A stretch of DNA of 64,000 bases from the IMG/VR virus record IMGVR_UViG_3300023313_000004, positions 11,573-75,572 of that record; one strand, given 5' to 3'. The translations under genes were made by a program, and so were the position numbers. Source of the stretch: a virus. Positions 48,015 to 57,988 of the stretch are shown here, in pieces. Within the stretch, counting starts at the first letter, position 1. Each line of letters opens with the position of its first letter. The notes below the pieces were generated by a model. It worked only from the letters and a program-made list of their open reading frames with translations, made no database searches and was not told the DNA's origin.

Positions 48015-48791
48015 TTAGGCAAGGATTCTTTGACGGAAATACTTAGACCCTGTAGTTTTAGTATTATCAGCTAGTGCGCCACCTGCTAGTTGAATTTGAC
48101 CAATATCTTCAGAGATAAGAGCCAATTCTGCTAGAGGGTCAGCAGTGAATTTAAACACATCCACAGTTACTGATTTATTACCTGATGCAGTGTTAAGACC
48201 TTCAAAGCGCAACCATCTTTCTGGTTGTGATGTAGTGAGGGCATCTACTTGGTCGTAAGCAGCGTAGTTGTATGTTGCTTCTAACGCCTGACCTGCAACA
48301 ATACTACCCCCAACGAGGATATTTATAGAGCCTACTTCTGGGTTCATAGTGTAGTCTGTACCCTCTACATAAGTGGTTACAGCACCTGTGTCTGTAAGAA
48401 CTAGAGGAGTAACGGTGTCCACACCAATATGCGCTAATGCTACTGTCTGACCTAGAACCAAAGGAGCAGTTACTGCTTCAGATACTACTGCGCCGCCTGC
48501 CATAGTAGTGTCCGTACCATAAAGACCCAAGGACAAGTTCTTAATATCAAAGCTTTCCATAGTTACATTAACAGAGGCCTTAACTTCAGTGGTTAATCTA
48601 AGGTCAATGCCACGCGCTCCAGAGGTAGATTCTTTGTGTTCTACAACAGAGGTAGCAATAGCAATGGAGAGGGCGGAGCAGTTACCGATAGGAGTAAACC
48701 CTGTAGGGTTTCCTGCAACATCACGGCTCGCCATGAGCACAGTTCCTTGCCCTGAGTAGTATTCTGATACAACATTATTCTGTGCAGCCAT
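48015..48791 (-). CDS. Major tail (tube) protein
   Basis: YYSGQG.V..IGNC..L, EHKES.SG, LRFEGLNT motifs. Confidence 0.85.
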   Translation of the reverse strand: MAAQNNVVSEYYSGQGTVLMASRDVAGNPTGFTPIGNCSALSIAIATSVVEHKESTSGARGIDLRLTTEVKASVNVTMESFDIKNLSLGLYGTDTTMAGGAVVSEAVTAPLVLGQTVALAHIGVDTVTPLVLTDTGAVTTYVEGTDYTMNPEVGSINILVGGSIVAGQALEATYNYAAYDQVDALTTSQPERWLRFEGLNTASGNKSVTVDVFKFTADPLAELALISEDIGQIQLAGGALADNTKTTGSKYFRQRILA

Positions 48792-48803
48792 TATGGTCTC
48801 CTG

Positions 48804-48992
48804 TTACTTTTTACTAGGTTTATTCTTTTGGCGAGAAAAGCGGCTAATAGGGGCTGCCTCTACAGCAACCTCAGCCCTTTTCCCACTTATAAGACTATCT
48901 GCTGCAGGGTCACTAATATCTACTACTGTCCCAGCAAGGCAAATAACCCCACGCAATTCAATATCTACTAAAAGTTTAACTTTCATGGGCAA
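48804..48992 (-). CDS. Small hypothetical virion protein
   Basis: MKVKLL..AGTVVDI...AADSLI..KRAE; GGAGG RBS. Confidence 0.55.
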   Translation of the reverse strand: MPMKVKLLVDIELRGVICLAGTVVDISDPAADSLISGKRAEVAVEAAPISRFSRQKNKPSKK

Positions 48993-49029
48993 ACATTACC
49001 TCCACCTTATAATGTTGACTAGCACTACT

Positions 49030-49476
49030 TTAGCTAGTAAGGATGACATTAGTTTGCCATCGTTGTATGTATATAAGGTTATTATCCTCGTCATAGGGGT
49101 AGGGTGCTTCCGAAACAAACTGCCATTTATGACCTGTAGGGTTACTACTATTCCTAAAAGATGCTCTAATCTCATCTAGGGTAAGAGTAATGTCATGCTT
49201 ATCCTCTACAATACTGGTGTACTGGGCAGGTGCGCCTAAAACAAATAAGCTCAGTCCTAATGTAGCGGCTAGACCAGAGTTGTTCTTTGTAGCCTGAGGT
49301 ACTAGCCCCTCATACCACACCCCTACAATAGGGTAGGTGGATAGGTGCTCCGCCTTGTCCACAAACTCGGCATCGGAATACACATACATCACGTTATCTT
49401 TATTTATGGTGGGTATATCTTTTAGTTTGTTTTCTGCCTCCACCATCACCTGAGAGACAATATTTATACCTGCCAT
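49030..49476 (-). CDS. Tail terminator-like protein
   Basis: Position before the major tail gene; size. Confidence 0.6.
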   Translation of the reverse strand: MAGINIVSQVMVEAENKLKDIPTINKDNVMYVYSDAEFVDKAEHLSTYPIVGVWYEGLVPQATKNNSGLAATLGLSLFVLGAPAQYTSIVEDKHDITLTLDEIRASFRNSSNPTGHKWQFVSEAPYPYDEDNNLIYIQRWQTNVILTS

Positions 49477-49949
49477 TACTTAAACCTCCTTTTAAACCTA
49501 GAGCGCATAGTATTAAAGGCTCTTCTTTCATCCTTCTTAGTTGCAAATAGGAAGGGTCTAGCAGGGTTTTGTATTTTAGCACCGCTTACAGTAGTGCTCT
49601 CACCCCCAAAATGGTGTATTCTTCCATACACAGCCGCCGCAGGGTCATTGATATACACCGCCAGCCCCCCTCTTTGGGTCTCTCTTATAGCTAGGCTGTT
49701 ATACAGTCTCCCAGTATCCTGTAGGGTACTATTAGTCCCTCGTTTTTTTCTACGCCTGCGCGAGGCAGTACTCTCTGACCACTTAGCCCCTGTAGGGGAT
49801 ATATGCTTTAGGAACCGTTCCTTTATGTACTTTAGCTGTAACTCGGCTACCTCAGATAAAAGCCCTGCTCCACCTACCTCTTTCTGTATCTGCTCTGTCC
49901 TAGCAGCCATAAAAGCTTTAATGGACGCAGGGCTAAAAGGTCTGCTCAT
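49476..49949 (-). CDS. Virion morphogenesis / tail completion protein (Mu gpG-like)
   Basis: SPTGAKW, LQDTGRLYNS, YGRIHHFGG, PARPFL. Confidence 0.85.
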   Translation of the reverse strand: MSRPFSPASIKAFMAARTEQIQKEVGGAGLLSEVAELQLKYIKERFLKHISPTGAKWSESTASRRRRKKRGTNSTLQDTGRLYNSLAIRETQRGGLAVYINDPAAAVYGRIHHFGGESTTVSGAKIQNPARPFLFATKKDERRAFNTMRSRFKRRFK

Positions 49950-50551
49950 AGAATAGGCTTATTAGCATGAGGGTACATTCTTACATGGGCAGCCAACAAT
50001 GCTTTCAGCATAACTGGTTCCCCTGCCATAGCCTCTTTCTTTTGTGCCTTACGGAAAGGGGCTTGGCTGTTAACCCTATACACCACATATTGCGTAGCCA
50101 GCTCTTTGAGCCAAGAGGGTACTTCCAAAGGAGTGTAGACACCCCCTAGAGAGGTAAACCCATAAGAGTACTCAACCTGCAAGTACCTAGGGGTGCGAGG
50201 AGTATTGTACAGTACGCACACACCATCCTCACTCATCTCATACTCAGAGGCAGGGAGGACGATAGGGGATGCTTTTAGTGCCCCTAAAGTATTGGCGTAG
50301 GACACTGTTACGGTAGCAGTATCCACAAACCCATTTTTTACTGCCAGCGTCCCATGGGGTAGCGTTGTTCTAACCCCCTCAAAGTAGAATATATCCTTTG
50401 TAGTGGCGGCATCAAAAGAGGTAAGGAGCTCCCCCTCCAAAAAGAGGCTAGCGGCTAAACCCATTGTCTCCAATAGGTCTGCCACCTCAGGTATATCCCT
50501 TTGCCCTGTCCTAACCATCAACTGGTCAGTATCTATTAACATGCTAGGCAT
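49946..50551 (-). CDS. Head-tail adaptor
   Basis: VEYSYGF..VPSWLKELA motif; position after the capsid gene. Confidence 0.7.
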   Translation of the reverse strand: MPSMLIDTDQLMVRTGQRDIPEVADLLETMGLAASLFLEGELLTSFDAATTKDIFYFEGVRTTLPHGTLAVKNGFVDTATVTVSYANTLGALKASPIVLPASEYEMSEDGVCVLYNTPRTPRYLQVEYSYGFTSLGGVYTPLEVPSWLKELATQYVVYRVNSQAPFRKAQKKEAMAGEPVMLKALLAAHVRMYPHANKPIL

Positions 50552-50566
50552 GATATACCCCCTGTA

Positions 50567-50914
50567 TTATACTTTAGCCTGCACAATATTAGCTTTGTGT
50601 GGGGCATGACGCTTCCCTTTTTCAGACTTCTCTTTGTCATGCTTCCCTTTCTTTTGTGAAGGGTGCTCACCTTTCTTAGCTAAAGGGGCAGCTTTATCAG
50701 TATCAGTCCCAGCAGAATCATTATCATCCCTATTCTTAGACTTAGCTCCTCCATTCTCTGTCGCTCCCTTAGCGAAGTATTCCTTACCTTCAGCGTCACA
50801 GCTATCTAGCAATGTAGCTGCTAGGGTATCACTAACAACGTAAGACTTCCCTGCTATAAATAATTTGTCTTGTATTGCGTATCTCTGTGCGCCAACTAAT
50901 TTAACTGTGTGCAT
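50567..50914 (-). CDS. Hypothetical protein with Lys-rich tail
   Basis: ORF with AGGAG RBS. Confidence 0.55.
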   Translation of the reverse strand: MHTVKLVGAQRYAIQDKLFIAGKSYVVSDTLAATLLDSCDAEGKEYFAKGATENGGAKSKNRDDNDSAGTDTDKAAPLAKKGEHPSQKKGKHDKEKSEKGKRHAPHKANIVQAKV

Positions 50915-50965
50915 ATGTATCTCCTATTTATGTATTTCTAGGGGGGTATAATAGACTACACCACT

Positions 50966-51010
50966 AAAAAGATAAAGGGAGCCTAGCATAAGCTAAGACC
51001 CCCCTTTTTT
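50966..51010 (-). terminator. Intrinsic terminator downstream of capsid gene (possibly bidirectional)
   Basis: GGGGTCTTAGC-TTAT-GCTAGGCTCCC flanked by A and T tracts. Confidence 0.55.
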
Positions 51011-51085
51011 CTATACCACTTAATCATTGCATCCCTGAGTACAAGTAAGTACTACAGGAGGAGGAGGGCCTAAGCCCCCCAACTA

Positions 51086-52075
51086 TTAACCAATGTTAGA
51101 GTATTTAACTACAGCAAGCTCTTCTTCGATTTTGAAGTCAACTCTTGCAGTTAGTACAATAATGTACTCACGAGCGCGAATATCTTTCTCAACTTCGATA
51201 GAAATGTCACGTTGGATACCAAAAATCAAGTTTTGTGGGTCACACAACAAACCGCTGGCTGCTGGCATTAAAGCAACTGGCTCAATGCCTGTGCCGAATG
51301 CGAATAGACGGTTTTGACCTTGCAAGTTTGCATCGCCCAATGCTGTTTGACGGTTAGCCAAAGTATCACGATACTCTGTTTCATTATCAATGCTGATGTA
51401 GTTGCGTAAAGATGAACGATTACGCAAGTACTGGTCAGGCATAGCGATAACGCCTGCTTTAAAGATACCTTTATTGATAGGTGCAGCTAATGCATCTACA
51501 ACATTAGAGACAGACTGTGTTAAGTAGCCGTCTTTAAGTGCCAAATAAGGGTCTGCAACATTAGCAGTATTACCCAAGAGTGCTAACTCTTCTAAGTCAA
51601 GTGCCGCACGTTCAGCAATCATATCCATGATTACATCTTTAATGCCGCCAGATGTGCCTGTAGCACCGCTGTCGCCCTGTACGCCTACGTTCCCACGCTC
51701 AATGTTGTCTTCAATAACATCATAAGGCAGGCGAATCTCAGCAATAACTTCGCTAGTGTTCAACAACACTTTGCTAGTCTGGGCTTTAGCGCGTAATGTT
51801 GCTTCCACTACTGGGTCAAATACGCCATCTACAGCAGCACCTGATAGAGGTACACCAGCACTAGCTGCGCGTAAAATACGCTTACCAAAACCGATTTTAT
51901 TGATTTCTTTTTGTGAACCTGTCATTACCACTGTGCGAGCAGCGTTAAGTAATGTAGGTTGTACTAGCAACTTCTTAATGAAAGCATTTGATTGCTCTGG
52001 GTTTAACAACCCGCCGTTAGCTGCCAAATCTGCAACAGCCATATCAGCCTTTTGAATTAGATTACCGTTTTGCAT
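51086..52075 (-). CDS. Major capsid protein (HK97 fold)
   Basis: GGLLNPEQSNAFI, EDNIE, ALDLEELALLG, P.NLIFGIQRDI, ARVD..EE..AVV. Confidence 0.9.
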   Translation of the reverse strand: MQNGNLIQKADMAVADLAANGGLLNPEQSNAFIKKLLVQPTLLNAARTVVMTGSQKEINKIGFGKRILRAASAGVPLSGAAVDGVFDPVVEATLRAKAQTSKVLLNTSEVIAEIRLPYDVIEDNIERGNVGVQGDSGATGTSGGIKDVIMDMIAERAALDLEELALLGNTANVADPYLALKDGYLTQSVSNVVDALAAPINKGIFKAGVIAMPDQYLRNRSSLRNYISIDNETEYRDTLANRQTALGDANLQGQNRLFAFGTGIEPVALMPAASGLLCDPQNLIFGIQRDISIEVEKDIRAREYIIVLTARVDFKIEEELAVVKYSNIG

Positions 52076-52115
52076 AATAAAGGACTCCTCATCTCTTTTT
52101 TTAGGTTTTTAATTA

Positions 52116-53273
52116 TTAGCGGTCAAGAATGTCAAGCGCAGTACCTGTAAATAAACCGCCCTCTTCAAACTTAGCTACTGTAGTGCTAGGTACTTCTTCT
52201 TCCGTAGAACCTGACATCACTGTGCCAGACACTGCATCCATAGCTAACGTAGCATTACTGTCAGCTTTCGCTACTTGCTCGCCCAAAGCTTGATTGCTCG
52301 TTACGAGAGAATCAACCTTTTCCGATAAGGCTAGTATAGTGGCTGCCATGCCAGTAATAGTTTCTAGTAGTGCCTTGTGTGCGTCTACCTCAGGCTCTGG
52401 GTCATCCTCTGCTGTAGGCATATCTGCCATATCGGAAGGAGCGTCTGCCATATCAGATGGTGTATCCATCTTGGCCACTACCACTTCTTCTGACTCAGAT
52501 GCGCCTACCTCTACTTCGTCTAGTCCCTCTACCGTGCCTTGATGCTTTTGTACTGAGTCCTTACTAGGCTCGTCCACAGGCTCAGACTCAATAGCACCCT
52601 CCTCGTCCTTAACCACCACAGGGTTGGTTACAGGGGTGTCTACAGGGGGGATACGAACATACTTAGCCAACTCGAAAGCGGATACAGGGAGATTAGCAGT
52701 CAATGAGACCACATACCCTTTAAATGCATCACAGGCTGCGGATACTTCAGAAGCCTTAGCCTCTGCAGGAATCTCACTACCATACATAATATTCTCAATA
52801 GTTTCCTCTAATACCTCTTGTGCCATATCCACAGAAGGGAAGAATGAATTTTGGGCTAGGTTATCAGAAAAGTCAGTGCCTTCTGGGTAGCTGTAAAAAG
52901 CTTTTTTAACTGTGCTTAGTACCACGGCACAGCCATTATCCATTTTTACTACAGCAGAGTCATCTCTGTACTCAGCAGCCTTAAAGACTACATCTGTATC
53001 ATCCTTACCTGCCTCTTGCGGCGCATAGCCTTGGGCTTCTAATTTTACAGTCAGCTCAGGCGTAACACTTTCTTTAGATACTACTACTGCTACAACTACA
53101 GGCGACTCCGCCTTTTTAGTTGAGAATAGCTTTCCTAGGTCTAAGTTCATCCCATCCTCCTTTAGTGATTTAATAATACGAAACGGTATGCGATTCGCCC
53201 CTCTTGCTACTAGGGACACAAACGATACGTCCACATTATCTAGCTTTCTAGCATCCATTTTTATCATTGTCAT
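52116..53273 (-). CDS. Capsid scaffold-like protein
   Basis: Acidic with a C-terminal coiled coil; just upstream of the capsid gene; N-terminal VSFVSLVARGAN motif. Confidence 0.65.
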   Translation of the reverse strand: MTMIKMDARKLDNVDVSFVSLVARGANRIPFRIIKSLKEDGMNLDLGKLFSTKKAESPVVVAVVVSKESVTPELTVKLEAQGYAPQEAGKDDTDVVFKAAEYRDDSAVVKMDNGCAVVLSTVKKAFYSYPEGTDFSDNLAQNSFFPSVDMAQEVLEETIENIMYGSEIPAEAKASEVSAACDAFKGYVVSLTANLPVSAFELAKYVRIPPVDTPVTNPVVVKDEEGAIESEPVDEPSKDSVQKHQGTVEGLDEVEVGASESEEVVVAKMDTPSDMADAPSDMADMPTAEDDPEPEVDAHKALLETITGMAATILALSEKVDSLVTSNQALGEQVAKADSNATLAMDAVSGTVMSGSTEEEVPSTTVAKFEEGGLFTGTALDILDR

Positions 53274-53851
53274 TACATACCTTCTACAAAACTAAAATTA
53301 TGCTTGTGGTCTTGGGAGCCACAAGTCTCTGTTCCATGTACTATTTTATGGCTATGCCCCAATACGACATCCGTATGCCCCCCCAGAAATATACCGTCTT
53401 CATCGAAGGAGACATAGAAGGTATGGGTATGCCCTTCTACCTCTGTGGTACCCCCAGTTATGACATCTGGTACTTGTAGCTCTAAGGTGGTTAAGGTCTT
53501 CTCTACAGTAGCCTCTAAGGAGAATCCATTTATATCCCCCTCTTTAATCTGCCTCCATAATTCCTTGTCGGGCACCTGCACCCCCAGCACCCACGCACCC
53601 TCTATAAAATCAGGGTCTCCTTCTCTCGCTATAAACGATTCCACAACATACGACCCTGTTAGGGTGTTATCATGCTGTTTATCTACGTTATGAATATTGT
53701 GGTTTTGTAGGAACTTATGTGCGGCGGCTTTTATAGTGTCGGCATCCATAAACTCACCATCTGAGTCAGGTACCATAGGGACATAAACCTCCCCGTACAC
53801 TATTTGCTGGTCATCATCAGCCTTAGTTATATTAGATTGTTTAGTTGTCAT
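53273..53851 (-). CDS. XkdF-like prohead protease
   Basis: QIVYGEVYVP..DSDGE, DKQH, VVESFI, GAWV, IKEGDINGFS; His-rich C-terminus. Confidence 0.8.
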   Translation of the reverse strand: MTTKQSNITKADDDQQIVYGEVYVPMVPDSDGEFMDADTIKAAAHKFLQNHNIHNVDKQHDNTLTGSYVVESFIAREGDPDFIEGAWVLGVQVPDKELWRQIKEGDINGFSLEATVEKTLTTLELQVPDVITGGTTEVEGHTHTFYVSFDEDGIFLGGHTDVVLGHSHKIVHGTETCGSQDHKHNFSFVEGM

Positions 53852-53907
53852 ACCCGAAATGTACCCCCACATATCACCCCTAGCAACTTAAGGCTATGCA
53901 CTTAAGT

Positions 53908-54735
53908 TCACTCACCCTTTTTCTGCAGGTGACATCTGCATCGGGGGTGGCTAGGCACAGCATCCAAGCCCTGTGCAGAAATATCAGCTGAAGTCATACC
54001 TTTTAGGAGTAGGACACTCTCTTTTGTCTGGGATGCCCATGGCTGCAAGAACTTTAAATCCTCAGGGGTGGAAGCACTCATAGCAGCAGATACACGACTA
54101 AGGGCAGGGGCTACTGAGAACTCTTTTCCATCTAGTAAGGAGCAGATAGGGCAGGTGTGGTTATCCAGTTGCGCTGTCCGTACATAAGTGGTTATTCCTT
54201 TACTGGCGGCAGTGAGGAGGAATCCATAAGAAGCCACCCTAGATACATGCAGCCCATTGGCCACCAATAATGCTTGGTGTACAGAGGTCTTTATATCTTT
54301 TGTAATGGTGGGTGCGGATATACTCGTTAATAGACTAGGCTGGGACTGCCCTATCTTTGCTTTGATGGTTGCGGCTACTAAGGTCTTACGGATAGCGGAG
54401 GTAACACCTGCCATAACCATAGACCCCGCCATAATATTAGCTGCCCCCAATAAATTCTGGGGGTGTTCCTGTAGAAGTACCGACTTATTAAAGGAAGGGT
54501 CTACTTGGCTAGCCCCAAATAGTAAGGAGGCAAGCCCTATCCGCCCCAAGTAAGAGGTGTCTAGGTCAGACACTGAGAATGCCTGTAACTTCTCTGCGGC
54601 GAGGTCTACCTCCCCTAGGTCTAATAAGGTTAGTATCTCTGTAATATCATCTCTTATGGTCTTGGATAATGCTCGCAGCGTTACCTGAGTCAGGCTTTTT
54701 TCTAGGACAAGAAAGCTTTTTAGTGAGATAGCCAT
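53908..54735 (-). CDS. Head morphogenesis protein (Mu gpF/SPP1 gp7-like)
   Basis: D.HTCPICSLLDG..PSHPRCRC. Confidence 0.8.
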   Translation of the reverse strand: MAISLKSFLVLEKSLTQVTLRALSKTIRDDITEILTLLDLGEVDLAAEKLQAFSVSDLDTSYLGRIGLASLLFGASQVDPSFNKSVLLQEHPQNLLGAANIMAGSMVMAGVTSAIRKTLVAATIKAKIGQSQPSLLTSISAPTITKDIKTSVHQALLVANGLHVSRVASYGFLLTAASKGITTYVRTAQLDNHTCPICSLLDGKEFSVAPALSRVSAAMSASTPEDLKFLQPWASQTKESVLLLKGMTSADISAQGLDAVPSHPRCRCHLQKKGE

Positions 54736-54736
54736 A

Positions 54737-56518
54737 TTATTGGGATAACGCAGTTATTTCTGCCAAGGTGCAGGCTAGTTCCCCTGCCCCAGCTAAGTCA
54801 TCCTTATTATCTGGGAATACCAGCCCCCCTAGGTCAACCAAGAACTCATCCCTCTCTTCTCCCATAAGGGCTTCCACTTCCGCATGTGCCCGTAAAATAA
54901 CATCTTTAGGAGGGCACTCATCTAACGCTACAGCCGCCCAGACAGAGGCCAGAGCACTTCTATCCATTTTCTTTATATCAGTCTTATCTAGCCCTTTACC
55001 CGAATCTAAGGAAGGGTACTCCTGCTCAGGGGTTAAGGCATCAGGCTTTTCTCCTATAAGGGCTTTACCTGCATCCGCATTATTTTTTGCGAGGGTCAGG
55101 TTAAGCTCATTCTCATCAAACTCTATAGCTACACCAGCCACTTCCGCAATCGCTTTAACTATACTCTCAGGGGAGACTGCGCCTGTACTACGAGCTACGG
55201 CGATACCCTTCATCTGTAGCGTACCATCTTTAGGGGTATTCTTCTTAGATACGAACTTGTATGCGCCGCCTGCCAACTCCTTCATAATAGTCATATTCAT
55301 TTGGGTATCAAACTCTAACCTTTCTGGGTTAAACACCTGTGCTTCTGCGAGCATAGAGGCAGCCCTACTGGCGGCAAAGTTACCTGTATTCTTGCCCACA
55401 TATAACTCTGGCAGCCTAAAAGACCCTCGTGTGCGGACTTCACACTTGCTATCGTAGTTCTCAAACATGGAGTCATTCTGCTTCTCAGCCCCGAACCTCT
55501 CCACATTTATTTTAACAGACCCAGAAGAGTCTAGTGATGTGCCCGATGCATAAGCCTCTAAAATAGCAGCCCTATGCTTACTTTCCCCTGTGCCGTTTAG
55601 ATACTGCTCTAATGCTTTTTTTGTGTCGCCCACCATCGTACCGCCAGAGATAGTGATAAGCACAGGGGGAAGACCGCCACTATTAAAGAAGTCCAAATTA
55701 TGTTCTTCTGCTTTCCTAGACCCTAATATAGAAGGGAGCTGGTTTATCCATCGGGGGACACCGTAGGGGGATGTACCATCTAGTACTGCAGTAAAGTGTA
55801 TTATCTCGGTAGCCCTATCCCCATAGGGTACTGCTCCCTGCTTATACTCCCCTGTTTTCTTATTCATAACCCTAGATGTACCATATTGGGCGAAGTAAAC
55901 AGCTTTAGTGTTTATCACCTGCACATACGTTCTTTCTCTAACCATAATATATAGAGAGGTGGGTTTACCTCCCCTCACCAGCTCTTTCTTTACTTTGACG
56001 GGGCTAGATAGCCTACCTAAACGCATAGACACCGCTGGGATATGGTTCAGCATGAGTATCTTGCCCTCTGCGTTCCGCATCACCTCCATGAAGCCATTAC
56101 CAACACTCTCTATATCCCTGCGTATAGCTCTACGGATGGACACCATGGACTTCTCAGGGTAAGGCTCCTTGAAGAACCCTTCTAGTACCTTCTCAGGGGA
56201 ATTAGATGCCGCAGTCGCCCCTATAGCCATAATATCATGCCCTGTCCCGTCTATGTTTACTTCCATGGCTTCTACGCACTGGGAGAGGGTGTTGTTGTGT
56301 TGTACCAACTGGAGGAGATTACCTATATCATAAGGTGGGCTTATTACTTGCCCTGCCCCCGTAGAGGTGTACATGCCTGCGAACTTATCATCTGCACCCC
56401 TAGCATTACTCCCTATAATATCCTGCTCTGCCTTTAGTGCCTTGCTAGGGGCGGACTTAATAGTGGTCACTCTGGAGGACATAATGCTGCCTTTATCTAA
56501 TTCACCTTGTTTAGTCAT
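54737..56518 (-). CDS. Portal protein (PBSX-like)
   Basis: DIESVGNGFMEV.RN, YGVPRW, NLDFFNSGGLP, FRLP..YVG. Confidence 0.9.
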   Translation of the reverse strand: MTKQGELDKGSIMSSRVTTIKSAPSKALKAEQDIIGSNARGADDKFAGMYTSTGAGQVISPPYDIGNLLQLVQHNNTLSQCVEAMEVNIDGTGHDIMAIGATAASNSPEKVLEGFFKEPYPEKSMVSIRRAIRRDIESVGNGFMEVMRNAEGKILMLNHIPAVSMRLGRLSSPVKVKKELVRGGKPTSLYIMVRERTYVQVINTKAVYFAQYGTSRVMNKKTGEYKQGAVPYGDRATEIIHFTAVLDGTSPYGVPRWINQLPSILGSRKAEEHNLDFFNSGGLPPVLITISGGTMVGDTKKALEQYLNGTGESKHRAAILEAYASGTSLDSSGSVKINVERFGAEKQNDSMFENYDSKCEVRTRGSFRLPELYVGKNTGNFAASRAASMLAEAQVFNPERLEFDTQMNMTIMKELAGGAYKFVSKKNTPKDGTLQMKGIAVARSTGAVSPESIVKAIAEVAGVAIEFDENELNLTLAKNNADAGKALIGEKPDALTPEQEYPSLDSGKGLDKTDIKKMDRSALASVWAAVALDECPPKDVILRAHAEVEALMGEERDEFLVDLGGLVFPDNKDDLAGAGELACTLAEITALSQ

Positions 56519-56603
56519 ACATACCCCTACACATATAAATATCTTGTGCAGGACTATAACGATACCTTAACTAATTGGCTACATGCCCCCAAAGGGGTTG
56601 ACC

Positions 56604-57707
56604 TTAAGTGCATAGATGGGGGGTGCTAGTGTAGTAATCTCTGAGGGCAGAGACACCGTCTTTTTCTCTCGATACTAGGTTACGACAACTACATTTAGGG
56701 CACGACTCTAACTCTTCCATGGTAGCTAGGGACTTCCCTATCTCTGGGTCAGCAGAGAATGTTAGTTTAGGCTTCCAACCAAAATCCCTTTCTAAAGGCA
56801 GGGTACTCATTACTTCACAGACCCTATCTGCCCACAGCAAGGCCTCATCCTCTGGGACGTAGAACTTTAAATCATCATGTACCATCATCATAGGCTTTAG
56901 TACGTCAAAGCTGTACCGCTTCTTTAACTCCCATAGGGATAGCTGGGTTAGGTCAGATAGTGTGCCTTGCACAGGGGCATTGATAGCATTCCTCTCTTGC
57001 TTAGACCTTGTAGCACCATCATAACAGTTAATCATAGGTAGGTTTCTTACCCTACCTAGGGGAGACCGTATATAGCCATGCCTTTTTGCAAAGGCTTTAT
57101 ACCTATCATGCCATGCCACTAGGGCAGGGTACATGGCAAAAAAAGCCTCCCTGTCTGCTGATGCCTCTTGCTCGGATAATACCACCCCATAACTAATCTC
57201 GGCGTAGGCTCTATACCCGTTCACACCCATACCATATAGTAGCCCAAAATTACCTGCTTTAGCCCCCTGCCTCTTGCTCTTAAACCACTTGGGGTCACTG
57301 GATTTCTTCTCCATAAATTTGCCTAAAGGCAACCCTAGTAGCCCTGCAGCGGTGGCGGAGTGAATATCTACGTCATTGTTAAACGCTGCAATCATAGCTG
57401 TCTCATTAGCAATATCTGCAGCCACCCTTAATTCCCCAGCTGCATAATCACAGGATAATATCAGTTTCCCCTCTGGGGCAATATAGGCGGCGCGTAAAGG
57501 CTTAGCCCATGTTGTGTGCTTGGGGATAGTATTATGAACCACCACATCATCTGCCACGAAAGAGTGGCTATTCTTGATGGTTAAGTCATACGTCTCCTCC
57601 GCAGGAATGTGGGAGATGCATTGTATCTTTGCCTCCCTAAAACCTGCGGCTTTGGCTAGGAGGCTATCCTTATTTTCTATTTTGTTATTCATACTAGTGT
57701 ACCCCAT
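56604..57707 (-). CDS. polA: DNA polymerase A C-terminal half, fused to split-intein C-part
   Basis: YDLTI..HSFVADDVVVHN|TIP, then motif A DYAAGELR, motif B RQGAKAGNFGLLYG, motif C VHDD. Confidence 0.92.
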   Translation of the reverse strand: MGYTSMNNKIENKDSLLAKAAGFREAKIQCISHIPAEETYDLTIKNSHSFVADDVVVHNTIPKHTTWAKPLRAAYIAPEGKLILSCDYAAGELRVAADIANETAMIAAFNNDVDIHSATAAGLLGLPLGKFMEKKSSDPKWFKSKRQGAKAGNFGLLYGMGVNGYRAYAEISYGVVLSEQEASADREAFFAMYPALVAWHDRYKAFAKRHGYIRSPLGRVRNLPMINCYDGATRSKQERNAINAPVQGTLSDLTQLSLWELKKRYSFDVLKPMMMVHDDLKFYVPEDEALLWADRVCEVMSTLPLERDFGWKPKLTFSADPEIGKSLATMEELESCPKCSCRNLVSREKDGVSALRDYYTSTPHLCT

Positions 57708-57988
57708 TATTTAATCATCAGGGTGTAATCAGCAGTTATATCTTTTGCTAACACAAACCCTTCTGTAGTTAGGAGGGGGTGGTTTCCTGTGCACTGCACC
57801 TTTTTTCCATCCTCCAGTACAAATTCATACAAGGGCTGCACCCCATTTCTATATACATCCGTGATAGGTTCCCATATCCCTGTGTGGGTAAGCACATCCA
57901 TAGGTAGACCTCCCTCAACATGCTCAACCACATCTAAGAGAGGAACTGCACCTAAATCCGTAGTTACAAGGGTGTGTCCCGGCATACA
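57531..57988 (-). mobile_element. Split intein: IntN 57988-57710 (93 aa), IntC 57707-57531 (up to 59 aa)
   Basis: CMPG..CTGNHP..stop, then a new ORF ending in VHN|T; joined by TAATG. Confidence 0.8.

Noticed and set aside
57700-57720. Programmed frameshift joining the polA halves
   Set aside because: No X XXY YYZ heptamer before the stop, and the second frame has a stop two codons upstream of its ATG. A sequencing indel remains possible.
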